From NCBI GenBank assembly GCA_038322045.1, contig JBBQFP010000005.1, positions 27,619-91,618 on the forward strand: 64,000 bases of DNA, in the 5' to 3' direction. This DNA is from Actinomycetes bacterium. Its GTDB lineage: Bacteria > Actinomycetota > Actinomycetes > JBBQFP01. The stretch's first letter is position 1; the number at the start of each line of letters is the position of its first letter. Position numbers and translations under genes: made by a program. This document shows, piece after piece, positions 14,899 to 24,104 of the stretch. The notes under the pieces were generated by a model. The model was given only the letters and a program-made list of their open reading frames with translations. It had not been told where the DNA came from and searched no databases.

Positions 14899-16889
14899 GC
14901 ACGGCTCCTCCTGCAGGCGGCCCGAGGACCCCGACGGCACCGCCCAAGCCCCCGCCCGGCGCACGCGGCGGCCCCGGGATGGCTCACATGGCCATGGCGA
15001 TGCCCGTCGAGAAGCCGAAGAGCTTCGGGGTCTCGGCCCGCCGCCTGGTCGGGTCGCTCCGCCCGGAGCGCGCGCTCATCGCCGCCGTCGCCGCCCTCGG
15101 CGCGGTGAGCGTGGCGCTGTCGGTCCTTGGTCCCCGGGTCCTCGGGCACGTGACGAACATCGTGTTCGAGGGCATCAGCAGCCGCCGGCTCCCCGCCGGG
15201 GTGACGCAGGCCGAGGCGGTGGCCTCGCTGCGTGCGAAAGGTGACGCGCGGGTCGCCGACATCCTCTCGGCGATGACGCTGCGTCCCGGGCAGGGAATCG
15301 ACTTCGGCGCGCTCAACCGGTGGGTCTCGGTCGCCGTGCTTCTCTTCCTCACGAGCTCGGCGTTCATGTGGGCGCAGAACTACCTCATGGCCGGAGTCGT
15401 CCAGCGCACGGGGTACCGGCTGCGCGAAGAGGTCGACGCCAAGCTCAACCGGCTGCCGCTGCGCTACTTCGACAACAGCTCACGGGGCGACCTGCTGAGC
15501 CGGGTCACCAACGACATCGACAACGTCACGCAGACGTTGCAGCAGACCCTGAGCCAGGCGCTCACCGCGCTGCTCACCGTCATCGGCGTCCTCGTCATGA
15601 TGCTGAGCATCAGCCCCCTGCTGGCGCTCGTCTCGCTCGTCGTCCTCCCGGTCTCCGGCGTCGTCGCCCAGGCTGTCGCCCGGCGCTCGCAGCCTCAGTT
15701 CGCCGAGCAGTGGCGCTGGACCGGCATCCTCAACGGCCACGTCGAGGAGATGCACACCGGGCACGAGCTCGTGAAGGTCTACGGGCGCCGGCGTCAGGCC
15801 GTGGAGACCTTCGCCGAGGCCAACGACGAGCTGTACTCGGCCAGCTTCAGGGCGCAGTTCATCTCCGGCATCATCCAGCCCCTGCTCGGGCTGCTGAGCA
15901 ACCTCAACTACGCGGCGATCTGCGTCATCGGCGGCTGGCGCGTGACGACGGGGTCGTTGTCCCTCGGCGACGTCCAGGCGTTCATCCAGTACTCCCGTCA
16001 GTTCTCCATGCCGATCACCCAGCTCGCCAGCGTGGCCAACCTGCTCCAGAGCGGGGTCGCCTCGGCGGAGCGGGTCTACGAGCTGCTCGACGCCGACGAG
16101 GAGCCCGCCCTCCAGCGGTCGCCCGCCACGCTCCCCGTCTCCGGTCCCGCGCGAGGCAGGGTCGCCTTCGAGCACATCGCATTTCGCTACGCCCCAGACG
16201 TGCCCCTCATCGACGACCTCTCGGTCCGGGTCGAGCAGGGGAGCACGGTCGCGATCGTCGGGCCGACCGGGGCCGGGAAGACGACCCTCGTCAACCTCCT
16301 CATGCGCTTCTATGACGTCGACGCCGGGCGCATCACGCTCTCCGGCGTCGACATCAGGGACCTACGGCGTGACGAGCTCCGGCGCAGCTTCGGCATGGTG
16401 CTCCAGGACACCTGGCTCTTCCGGGGCACCATCCGGGACAACATCGCCTACGGCGCCACGGGTGCCACCGACGAGCAGGTGCTTGCCGCTGCGCGGGCGG
16501 CTTATGTCGACAGGTTCGTCCACCACATCCCCGACGGCTACCTCACGGTCATCGACGACGAGGCCTCGAACCTCTCCGCGGGAGAGAAGCAGCTCGTGAC
16601 GATCGCCCGCGCCTTCCTCGCCGACCCGCCGATCCTCATCCTCGACGAGGCGACGTCCTCGGTCGACACGCGCACCGAGGTCCTCGTCCAGGCTGCGATG
16701 GCACGGCTGCGCCATGGCCGGAAGAGCTTCGTCATCGCCCACCGTCTCTCGACGATCCGCGACGCCGACACGATCCTCGTCATGGACGCCGGTGCCGTCG
16801 TCGAGCAGGGGACCCACGAGGAGCTCCTCGCCTCGGGCGGGGTCTACGCGCGCTTGCACGCCAGCCAGTTCGAGGGCGCCGTCACCTGA
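14895..16889 (+). CDS. ABC transporter permease/ATP-binding protein (exporter half-transporter 2)
   Basis: ATGA overlap with the upstream gene. Walker A GPTGAGKTT, signature LSAGEKQL and Walker B ILILDE. Confidence 0.9.
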   Translation: MSTAPPAGGPRTPTAPPKPPPGARGGPGMAHMAMAMPVEKPKSFGVSARRLVGSLRPERALIAAVAALGAVSVALSVLGPRVLGHVTNIVFEGISSRRLPAGVTQAEAVASLRAKGDARVADILSAMTLRPGQGIDFGALNRWVSVAVLLFLTSSAFMWAQNYLMAGVVQRTGYRLREEVDAKLNRLPLRYFDNSSRGDLLSRVTNDIDNVTQTLQQTLSQALTALLTVIGVLVMMLSISPLLALVSLVVLPVSGVVAQAVARRSQPQFAEQWRWTGILNGHVEEMHTGHELVKVYGRRRQAVETFAEANDELYSASFRAQFISGIIQPLLGLLSNLNYAAICVIGGWRVTTGSLSLGDVQAFIQYSRQFSMPITQLASVANLLQSGVASAERVYELLDADEEPALQRSPATLPVSGPARGRVAFEHIAFRYAPDVPLIDDLSVRVEQGSTVAIVGPTGAGKTTLVNLLMRFYDVDAGRITLSGVDIRDLRRDELRRSFGMVLQDTWLFRGTIRDNIAYGATGATDEQVLAAARAAYVDRFVHHIPDGYLTVIDDEASNLSAGEKQLVTIARAFLADPPILILDEATSSVDTRTEVLVQAAMARLRHGRKSFVIAHRLSTIRDADTILVMDAGAVVEQGTHEELLASGGVYARLHASQFEGAVT

Positions 16890-16904
16890 CCCGGTGGCGG
16901 CGGC

Positions 16905-16932
16905 TTCCGCGCCGACGTTACCGACCGGTAAC
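16905..16932. terminator. 28-bp perfect palindrome: hairpin terminator or operator
   Basis: GCCGACGTTACCG-AC-CGGTAACGTCGGC. It lies 16 nt after the ABC stop and 50 nt before the acyl-CoA dehydrogenase start. Confidence 0.4.
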
Positions 16933-16981
16933 GTCGGCCTCCACCGGCGACCGGCGTCGGGCCACGGAACGGAGCGTCCCC

Positions 16982-18706
16982 TTGAGCGAGCCCCGCAGCC
17001 TGCTGCTCAACCCCGTGACGGCCGACTGGTCGAGGCTGGACCCGGCGACCCGCCGCGCCGTCGCAGCCACCGTCGACTTCTTCGAGTCGCGCGGCAAGGC
17101 GGCGCTCACGGAGGCCGACCGGGGCCGCGGATGGTACTCCGACTTCCTCGAGCACCTCGCCAAGCACCGGGTGCTCGCGACGTTCCTCACCCCGCGGGCC
17201 GACGCGGGCGCCGATGCCGACAAGCGCTGGGACACCGCACGGATCAGCCTGCTCTCCGAGGTCCTCGGCTTCTACGGCCTGCCCTACTGGTACGCGTACC
17301 AGGTGACGATCCTCGGCCTCGGGCCGGTCTGGCAGAGCGACAACGCCACCGCCCGCGCCCGGGCCGCCCGGCTGCTCGACCATGGCGCCGTCTTCGGGTT
17401 CGGCCTCTCGGAGAAGGAGCACGGCGCCGACATCTACTCGACCGACATGCTCCTGACGCCGAGCGGCGACGGCTTCCTCGCTGACGGCAGCAAGTACTAC
17501 ATCGGCAACGGCAACGTCGCCGGGATGCTGTCGGTCTTCGGCCGCCGCACCGACGTCGAGGGGCCGCAGGGCTACGTCTTCTTCGCCGTCGACCCCCGTC
17601 ACCCGCGGTACCACCTCGTCAAGAACATCGTCGACTCCCAGATGTTCGTCAGCGAGTTCCGGCTCGACGGCTACCCCGTCCGCCCCGAGGACGTCCTGCA
17701 CGCTGGGCAGGCGGCCTTCGATGCGGCGCTCAACACCGTCAACGTCGGCAAGTTCAACCTCGGTTTCGCCTCCATCGGCCTCTGCGAGCACTCCTTCTAC
17801 GAGGCGCTGACCCACGCCCACGACCGGGTGCTCTACGGACGACGGGTCACCGAGTTCCCGCACGTCCGCCAGGGGCTCACCGACGCCTATGCCCGACTCG
17901 TCGCGATGAAGCTCTTCGCCGACCGGGCCATCGACCACCTCCGGTGCGCCTCACCCGAGGACCGCAGGTACCTCCTGTTCAACCCCGTGACGAAGATGAA
18001 GGTCACCACCGAGGGCGAGCGGGTCATCGACCTGCTCTGGGACGTCATCGCGGCCAAGGGGTTCGAGAAGGACACGTACTTCAGCATGGCCGCCCGCGAC
18101 ATCAGGGCACTGCCCAAGCTCGAGGGCACCGTGCACGTCAACATGGCGCTCGTCCTCAAGTTCCTCCCCAACGTCCTCTTCGGGCCGGTGAGCATGCCCG
18201 AGGTCCCCACCCGGCAGGACGCCGCTGACGACGCGTTCCTGTTCCGTCAGGGTCCGACGAGGGGCCTCGGTGCGGTGCGCTTCCCCGACTGGCGACCGGC
18301 CTACGACCGCTTCGGCCACCTCCCCGACGTCGCTCTGCTGCGCGAGCAGGCCGAGTCGCTGACAGCGCTCCTGGCGAGCTCGCCGCCGGACGCGGCTCAG
18401 GCCAAGGACCTCGACCTCATGCTGCCGCTCGGCGAGCTGTTCACCCTCGTCGTCTACGGCCAGCTCGTCCTCGAACAGGCCGCGATCCTCGGTCTCGACG
18501 AGGACCTGCTCGACGAGGTGGCAGGCGTGCTCGTCCGGGACTTCTCGGCGGCGGCCGTCGCGTGGCACGGCCGCGCCGGGGTGCAGGACGCGCAGCGGCA
18601 GTGGGCGCTCTCCGCGGTGCGTGCCCCTGTCCACGACGCCGCTCGTGCAGGGCGGGTGTGGGAGCAGGTCGTGGCCCACGCCGGGGCCTACGCCATGAAC
18701 CCCTGA
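16982..18706 (+). CDS. Acyl-CoA dehydrogenase family protein (long form)
   Basis: TTG start. 574 aa with ACAD-like segments (GFGLSEKEHGADIYSTDM, GSKYYIGNGN, NVGKFNLGFASIGLCEH). Confidence 0.8.
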   Translation: MSEPRSLLLNPVTADWSRLDPATRRAVAATVDFFESRGKAALTEADRGRGWYSDFLEHLAKHRVLATFLTPRADAGADADKRWDTARISLLSEVLGFYGLPYWYAYQVTILGLGPVWQSDNATARARAARLLDHGAVFGFGLSEKEHGADIYSTDMLLTPSGDGFLADGSKYYIGNGNVAGMLSVFGRRTDVEGPQGYVFFAVDPRHPRYHLVKNIVDSQMFVSEFRLDGYPVRPEDVLHAGQAAFDAALNTVNVGKFNLGFASIGLCEHSFYEALTHAHDRVLYGRRVTEFPHVRQGLTDAYARLVAMKLFADRAIDHLRCASPEDRRYLLFNPVTKMKVTTEGERVIDLLWDVIAAKGFEKDTYFSMAARDIRALPKLEGTVHVNMALVLKFLPNVLFGPVSMPEVPTRQDAADDAFLFRQGPTRGLGAVRFPDWRPAYDRFGHLPDVALLREQAESLTALLASSPPDAAQAKDLDLMLPLGELFTLVVYGQLVLEQAAILGLDEDLLDEVAGVLVRDFSAAAVAWHGRAGVQDAQRQWALSAVRAPVHDAARAGRVWEQVVAHAGAYAMNP

Positions 18707-18749
18707 CACCGCTCGGACGGTTGCGCCGAGGGCCTGGCATCCCCCTGAG

Positions 18750-19886
18750 CTAGACCCTCGGCGCCGGGTGCTCGTCGACGTCCGGCTCGTGGACCGCCGC
18801 GTCGGCCCGACGGGTCCGCATCACCGACAGCGCGATCGAGCCCCCGAGCACGACGAGCACCATCCCGAGGCTGAGCAGGCTCGGCACGTGCCAGATGGGC
18901 GTGATGAGCATCTTCACGCCGATGAGGACGAGCACGAGCGCCAGGCCGGGCGGCAGGTAGCGGAAGCGGTGCACGGCGTCGGCGAGGAGGAAGTAGAGGG
19001 CGCGCAGCCCGAGCACCGCGAGCACCATCCCGAGGCTGAGCATGCTCGGCACGTGCCAGATCGGCGTGATGAGCATCTTGACGCCGATGAGGACGAGCAC
19101 GAGCGCCAGGCCGGGCGGCAGGTAGCGGAAGCGGTGCACGGCGTCGGCGAGGAGGAAGTAGAGGGCGCGCAGCCCGAGCACCGCGAGGGCGTTGGACGTG
19201 AAGACGAGGAACGGGTCGCGCGTGACGCCGAAGACCGCCGGGATCGAGTCGACGGCGAAGATGATGTCGCTGACCTCGATGGTGACGAGCACGAGCAGCA
19301 GAGGGGTCGCGACCCATCTGCCTGCCTGCCGGATGACGAAGTGCTGGCCGTGGTAGTCCTCGGTCATCGGCACCCGACGACGGACCCAGCGCACAGCGCG
19401 GCTGTTTGTCGGGTCGGAGTGCGCGTCCTTGGTCACGACGAGCTTGATTCCGGCGTAGAGGAGGAAGGCGCCGAAGAGCGGGAGCACCCAGGCGAACCGG
19501 TCGATCGCCACGGAGCCGAGCGCGATGAAGATCGCGCGGAAGACCAGCGCCCCGATGACCCCGAAGAACAGCACCCGGTGCTGGAGCTCGCGCGGCACGG
19601 CGAAGGACGTGAGGATCACCGTGAAGACGAAGACGTTGTCGACGGCGAGGCTCTTCTCGAGCACCCAGGCGGTGAGGTACTGGCTGCCGGCGTCGGAACC
19701 CCAGATCGCCCAGACGGCGACCCCGAACCCGAGGCCGATGCTGATCCAGACGGCCGACCAGGCCGCCGCCTCTTTCGTGCTCGGCACGTGGGCGTCGCGG
19801 TGAGCGACGAGGTCGACGGCAAGGAGGAGGAGCACACCGGCGACGAAGGCCGCCCAGGCCCAGATCGGGACCGACAACGAGAGCAC
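18750..19886 (-). CDS. TerC family integral membrane protein (Alx/TerC-like), carrying a 55-aa internal duplication
   Basis: The start is set at GTG 19886, 7 nt after GGAGG; the ORF-track ATG 19970 would run through the riboswitch. TerC motifs are present (EKSLAVDNVFVF, SDIIFAVDSIPAVFGVT). Confidence 0.85.
   Translation of the reverse strand: MLSLSVPIWAWAAFVAGVLLLLAVDLVAHRDAHVPSTKEAAAWSAVWISIGLGFGVAVWAIWGSDAGSQYLTAWVLEKSLAVDNVFVFTVILTSFAVPRELQHRVLFFGVIGALVFRAIFIALGSVAIDRFAWVLPLFGAFLLYAGIKLVVTKDAHSDPTNSRAVRWVRRRVPMTEDYHGQHFVIRQAGRWVATPLLLVLVTIEVSDIIFAVDSIPAVFGVTRDPFLVFTSNALAVLGLRALYFLLADAVHRFRYLPPGLALVLVLIGVKMLITPIWHVPSMLSLGMVLAVLGLRALYFLLADAVHRFRYLPPGLALVLVLIGVKMLITPIWHVPSLLSLGMVLVVLGGSIALSVMRTRRADAAVHEPDVDEHPAPRV
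18856..19185. repeat. 165-bp x2 direct tandem duplication inside terC (3 mismatches)
   Basis: 18856-19020 versus 19021-19185. The differences are only at gcaGgct/gcaTgct, gatGggc/gatCggc and cttCacg/cttGacg. The period of 165 is 55 codons, so the duplication is in frame. Confidence 0.95.
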
Positions 19887-19914
19887 GAGGGATACCTCCG
19901 GGCACGAGCGATGC

Positions 19915-20035
19915 CCCCGGGGTCTTCGCCGCCCGTGCGCTTCACGGGCTTCCCAGGCCGGCCACCGCACGGGCGATGACGTGATGACGACCTGGGGACG
20001 TCGGGCGTACTCCCCACCGAGGTGTCCTCAGTGTG
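19915..20035 (-). promoter_or_regulatory. Probable yybP-ykoY (Mn2+) riboswitch in the terC leader
   Basis: The minus-strand RNA contains GGGGAGUA (20015-20008), GUCGUCA (19991-19985) and GCGAAGACC (19929-19921). These are in the same order as the conserved blocks of yybP-ykoY as I recall them. A hairpin overlapping the GGAGG RBS follows. Confidence 0.6.
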
Positions 20036-20068
20036 ACGGAGGCGTCGCCCTGCGGCAACCGAGGGCCG

Positions 20069-21529
20069 TCAGCCTCCGCTGCTGCCGCGCAGTCCCGAGG
20101 TCCGCTCCGCGGCTGCCCGTGCCGCGGCAGCGTCCATCGGGCGGCCGAAGAGCCAGCCCTGCCCGCGGGCACATCCGGCCGTGCGTAGCTGTCGGTACTG
20201 CGCCTCCGTCTCGATCCCCTCGGCGACGACCTCCATGCCGAGGGCGTGGGCGAGAGCGAGGACGGCGTCGGTGACCGGGCTCCGCTCGTCGCGGGCGTCG
20301 ATCGTCGCGACGAAGGACTTGTCGACCTTGACGGTGTCGGCGGCGCAGTCGAGCAGCCAGGTGAGCGAGGAGTAGCCGGTGCCGAAGTTGTCGAGCGACA
20401 CCCGCACGCCGAGCGAACGGAGCTCGGCCATGACGGCGGCCGCTCGCCTCGTGTCGGCGAGGACGGCGGCCTCGGTGACCTCGATGACGAGCTGGTCGGT
20501 GCCGAGCTCGTGGCGGCGCAGGTTGTCGGCGACTGTCGAGACCAGGGTCGGGTGGAGGAACTGCGTCGGGGAGAGGTTGACCGAGACCGTCAGCCGGGGG
20601 TCCTTCCACGATGCGACGGCGGCAGCGGCCTGCTCCATGAGGGTCTCGCCGAGGGCGATGATCAGCCCGGTGTCCTCGGCGACGTCGAGGAAGCGCTCCG
20701 GCAGGAGCATCCCGCGCCGTGGGTGGTGCCACCGCGCCAGGGACTCGAAGCCGGTGAGCCGCCGGTCGGCGAGGGAGACCAGCGGCTGGAAGTTGCAGAC
20801 GAACTCGTCGGCGAGCAACCCTCGCTCGATGTCGCTGGCAGCCAGCGGCGTCGTCGTCCGGCGCGCCCGGTTCGTGCGGGGCCGGCCGTCGTAGCCGTAG
20901 GTGGTCTCGCGTCGGCGGTACGCCTCGAGGGCCGCACCCGCCTCGAGCGCGGCCTCGGTGAGCAGGTCGATGGTCTCGGCGTCGAGGTGTGCGACGACGC
21001 ACAGGGCGCCCGAGGAGCCGCTCCTGTCGCCGAAGGGGACGACGAGCACGCCGCTCTTCGTCGTCGTCGGCGTCCCGATCGCGAGCGCCTCGCGGGTGTC
21101 GACGTCGAGAGTGTCCAGCGTGGCGAAGGCCGTGAGCGCGGCCCGGTTGGCCCCGCGGGAGTAGGCCACCGGCTCGAGACGCGGCCCGGTGCTCAGCGCG
21201 ACGACGGCCGGGGCGAGCTCGCCGATGATGTCCTGGACCTCGGCGAGGGTCTGCGCGCAGATCGCGCGCCGGTCGGTGCAGCCGAGCAGCCGGACGCCGA
21301 AGTGCGTGAGCCGCGTCTGGCGCAGGAGCCGCGCCTGCTCGGCCTCGAGCCGCAGCCGCAGCCCTGCCTCGACGGCGACGGCCCGGTGCGAGTCCTGCCT
21401 GCCTCGCCAGGCGAGCGTGAGGCCTGCTGCGAGGACAGCCACCGCCAAGAGCCCCAGGAGCCAGCTCATGGGGAGGTGCACGGCGACGTCGTCGTGATCA
21501 CGGTCGGCGCTCCTTCCGACCCTCAGCAT
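20069..21529 (-). CDS. Membrane-anchored EAL-domain protein (putative c-di-GMP phosphodiesterase; ESL variant)
   Basis: N-terminal TM helix (WLLGLLAVAVLAAGLTLAW), a sensor region of about 200 aa, then FQPLV...ESLARWHHP...DNFGTGYSSLTWL...KVDKSFV...EGIE...GQGWLFGRP. An alternative start is MSWLL at 21469. Confidence 0.8.
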   Translation of the reverse strand: MLRVGRSADRDHDDVAVHLPMSWLLGLLAVAVLAAGLTLAWRGRQDSHRAVAVEAGLRLRLEAEQARLLRQTRLTHFGVRLLGCTDRRAICAQTLAEVQDIIGELAPAVVALSTGPRLEPVAYSRGANRAALTAFATLDTLDVDTREALAIGTPTTTKSGVLVVPFGDRSGSSGALCVVAHLDAETIDLLTEAALEAGAALEAYRRRETTYGYDGRPRTNRARRTTTPLAASDIERGLLADEFVCNFQPLVSLADRRLTGFESLARWHHPRRGMLLPERFLDVAEDTGLIIALGETLMEQAAAAVASWKDPRLTVSVNLSPTQFLHPTLVSTVADNLRRHELGTDQLVIEVTEAAVLADTRRAAAVMAELRSLGVRVSLDNFGTGYSSLTWLLDCAADTVKVDKSFVATIDARDERSPVTDAVLALAHALGMEVVAEGIETEAQYRQLRTAGCARGQGWLFGRPMDAAAARAAAERTSGLRGSSGG

Positions 21530-21630
21530 GCCAGCACCGGGCCGTCCCGGGGATGCCTATGCACCGGTTCGTCTCCCGCAGGCATCGTTGCATGCCTCGC
21601 CCGGAGGATGAGTACCAGCAGCGGATCCGC

Positions 21631-22248
21631 CTACGCGGCGGCGTCCTCCCGGCCGCGGGTGCGCCGCCGGTGCGCGAGGAGCGCCACCGCCGCCGCGACG
21701 AGGACGACGGCGCCGGCGACCCAGCCGAAGCGCCGGACGACGCTCTCGAACGAGGTCCCTGCCACGAAGCCGACGATGGTGAACGTCGTCGCCCACACCA
21801 GCCCGCCCACGGCGTTCCAGGCGAAGAAGCGCGGGTAGTGCATGCCCGACATCCCGGCCAGGCCCGGCATGACCGCCCGGAGGAACGCGACCCACCGTCC
21901 GGCGAAGATCGCCCAGCCGCCCCTCTCGGCGAGGTAGCCCTGGGCGCCATCGAGCCGGTGCCGGTGCCCGCGCAGCAGTCTGCTCGTGAGCACGCGAGGA
22001 CCGAAGACCCGCCCGACCTCATAGCCGACGGAGTCTCCGACGATCGCCGCGACGACCGCGACGACGAGGATCGCGGCGAGGGGCACGACCTTCTGGCTGG
22101 CGAGGACGCCCCCGAGGACGACCGCCGTCTCACCGGGCAGGACGAAGCCGAGGAAGACCGCCGCCTCCCCGAAGGCCAGCCCGCCGACGACGGCGTAGAC
22201 CAGCCACCCGTTGAGGTGGAGGAGGAAGGTCGTCAGCGCGTGCCCCAT
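21631..22248 (-). CDS. DedA family membrane protein
   Basis: GEAAVFLGFVLPGETAVVLGGVLA and FAGRWVAFLRAVMPGLAGMSGM are typical DedA/SNARE-associated motifs. Confidence 0.85.
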   Translation of the reverse strand: MGHALTTFLLHLNGWLVYAVVGGLAFGEAAVFLGFVLPGETAVVLGGVLASQKVVPLAAILVVAVVAAIVGDSVGYEVGRVFGPRVLTSRLLRGHRHRLDGAQGYLAERGGWAIFAGRWVAFLRAVMPGLAGMSGMHYPRFFAWNAVGGLVWATTFTIVGFVAGTSFESVVRRFGWVAGAVVLVAAAVALLAHRRRTRGREDAAA

Positions 22249-22271
22249 GGTGGGCTCAGCCTACGGCGGCC

Positions 22272-22577
22272 TCAGGGCCCCGGAGCGAGTTCCCGGTGCT
22301 CCTCGGCGTCGTCGGCGACCCGGCTCAGGGCGCGCCGACCAGGCCCGCTCCAGCCGCAGGTGCTGCACGTGGCACGGGCGAACGGTCCTTCGTGGCCGAC
22401 GGTGACCTCGTGCGTGACCGGGGCTGCCACCGGGTCCTGCCCGTCAGGGCGCTGCGGTGTGAGGTCGGACCGCGCCCGCACGAGCGTGCTGCCCGCGGCT
22501 GAACCTGATGCGGCGCCCTCGGGCTCGCCGGCTGATGGGGGCACAGCGTCAGCGTAGGGGCTTCCCGGGCAGCGCAC
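22272..22577 (-). CDS. Hypothetical small protein
   Basis: GC3 is high in this frame. It has a CxxC-containing C-terminus (ATCSTCGWSGPG) and is co-directional with dedA. No clear RBS is present and the true start may be internal. Confidence 0.3.
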   Translation of the reverse strand: MRCPGSPYADAVPPSAGEPEGAASGSAAGSTLVRARSDLTPQRPDGQDPVAAPVTHEVTVGHEGPFARATCSTCGWSGPGRRALSRVADDAEEHRELAPGP

Positions 22578-22636
22578 GCGCGGGGGCAGCCCCTACGCTC
22601 GCCCCACGCCTGTCACGACGTCGCCAGGAGAGCGCT

Positions 22637-24064
22637 GTGCCCGCTGCCGCTTCAGCCACCGACCCGTCCGACCGCCCCGTGGCCGCCCCTGCCGGTGCGG
22701 GGCGCGCGCCGGCGTCGCTCGACCGCGACCGGCTCGCCGCGCTGCTCACGCGTGAGCTCGACGCCTTCGTCGCGGCCCGGCCTCGGTCGCGCAAGGTCGC
22801 CGAGCGCGCCAGGCGCAGCCTCGTCGGCGGGGTGCCCATGAGCTGGATGACCAAGGGCGCGGGCCCGTTCCCGGTCGTCCTGGCGTCAGCGCGAGGTGCG
22901 CACCTCACTGACGTCGATGGCATCGACTACGTGGACCTCTGCCTCGGTGACACCGGCGCGATGACCGGGCACTCGCCCGCGGCCACCGTGGCGGCCGTCA
23001 CCGAGCAGCTGAGCCGCGGCATCACGACGATGCTCCCGACCGAGGACGCCGTCGCCGTCGCCGAGGACCTCGCGCGGCGTTTCGGCCTGCCGCGCTGGCA
23101 GGTGACTCTCTCGGCGACGGACGCGAACCGCCACGTCATCCGCTACGCCCGCCACCTCACCGGTCGGTCGAAGATCGTCGTCTTCGACTACTGCTACCAC
23201 GGGACGGTCGACGAGACCTTCGCCACCCTCGACGCCGAGGGCCGCACCGTGGCACGCCGCGGCAACATCGGTGCCCCGGTGCCGCTCGAGGAGACGACCC
23301 GCGTCGTCCCCTGGAACGACGTGGCCGCCCTGGAGGCGGCCCTCGCGCACGGTGACGTGGCGGCTGTGCTCACCGAGCCCGCGCTGACCAACGTCGGGAT
23401 CGTCCTGCCCGCGGAGGGGTTCCACGCGGCCCTGCGCGAGCTGACGCGGGCGCATGGCGCGTACCTCGTCATCGACGAGACCCACACGATCTCGGTCGGG
23501 CCGGGCGGGATGACAGCGCGCGACGGGCTCGAGCCGGACCTCCTCGTCATGGGAAAGCCCATCGGCGGCGGCATCCCCTGCGGGGTGTTCGGCATGACCG
23601 AGGAGATCGCCCGCGCGATCGAGGCCTCGGTCGAGCGCGAGGACGTCGACGTCGGTGGCATCGGGGGAACCCTCGCGGGCAACGCGCTCTCTCTCGCGGC
23701 GATGCGCGCCACGCTCACCGAGGTGCTCACCGAGGAGGCCTTCGCCACGATGCTCCCGCTGGGCGAGCGCTGGGCCGACGGCGTCGACGCCGCGATGTCC
23801 GCTCACGGCGCGGCGTGGCAGTGCAGCCGGCTCGGCGCCCGTGGTGAGTACACCTTCTCGCCCGTCCCGCCGCACGACGGAGCCTCTGCTGCCGCGGCCT
23901 CCGACCCCGAGCTCGAGCGGTTCCTCCACCTCTACCTGCTCAACCGAGGGGTGCTCATGACGCCGTTCCACAACATGGCGCTCATGTCGCCGGCGACCAC
24001 GGGGGCCGACGTGGACCGGCACACCGTCGCGTTCGAGGCGGCACTCGGGGAGCTCTTCGGCTGA
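22637..24064 (+). CDS. Class-III (GSA-aminomutase-like) PLP-dependent aminotransferase
   Basis: GTG 22637 lies 6 nt after AGGAG, within ORF 22508. Motifs: LVGGVPMSWM, DTGAMTGHSP, YLVIDETHT and VMGKPIGGGIP (PLP lysine). Confidence 0.8.
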   Translation: MPAAASATDPSDRPVAAPAGAGRAPASLDRDRLAALLTRELDAFVAARPRSRKVAERARRSLVGGVPMSWMTKGAGPFPVVLASARGAHLTDVDGIDYVDLCLGDTGAMTGHSPAATVAAVTEQLSRGITTMLPTEDAVAVAEDLARRFGLPRWQVTLSATDANRHVIRYARHLTGRSKIVVFDYCYHGTVDETFATLDAEGRTVARRGNIGAPVPLEETTRVVPWNDVAALEAALAHGDVAAVLTEPALTNVGIVLPAEGFHAALRELTRAHGAYLVIDETHTISVGPGGMTARDGLEPDLLVMGKPIGGGIPCGVFGMTEEIARAIEASVEREDVDVGGIGGTLAGNALSLAAMRATLTEVLTEEAFATMLPLGERWADGVDAAMSAHGAAWQCSRLGARGEYTFSPVPPHDGASAAAASDPELERFLHLYLLNRGVLMTPFHNMALMSPATTGADVDRHTVAFEAALGELFG

Positions 24065-24104
24065 CCGGTGTGCTCGAGGCGACGTCGCGGCCGCCCCGGA
24101 GCGG

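Noticed and set aside
12928-14964. A 678-aa ORF antisense to the first ABC transporter gene.
   Set aside because: It is a shadow frame of a gene with clear Walker A/B and signature motifs. Its composition is dominated by Arg, Gly, Asp and His.
18688-19979. Alternative-frame and antisense ORFs at terC (18688..19905 minus, 18768..19979 plus) that also show internal repeats.
   Set aside because: Their repeats are simply the 165-bp terC duplication read in other frames. The TerC frame has the hydrophobic periodicity and the family motifs.
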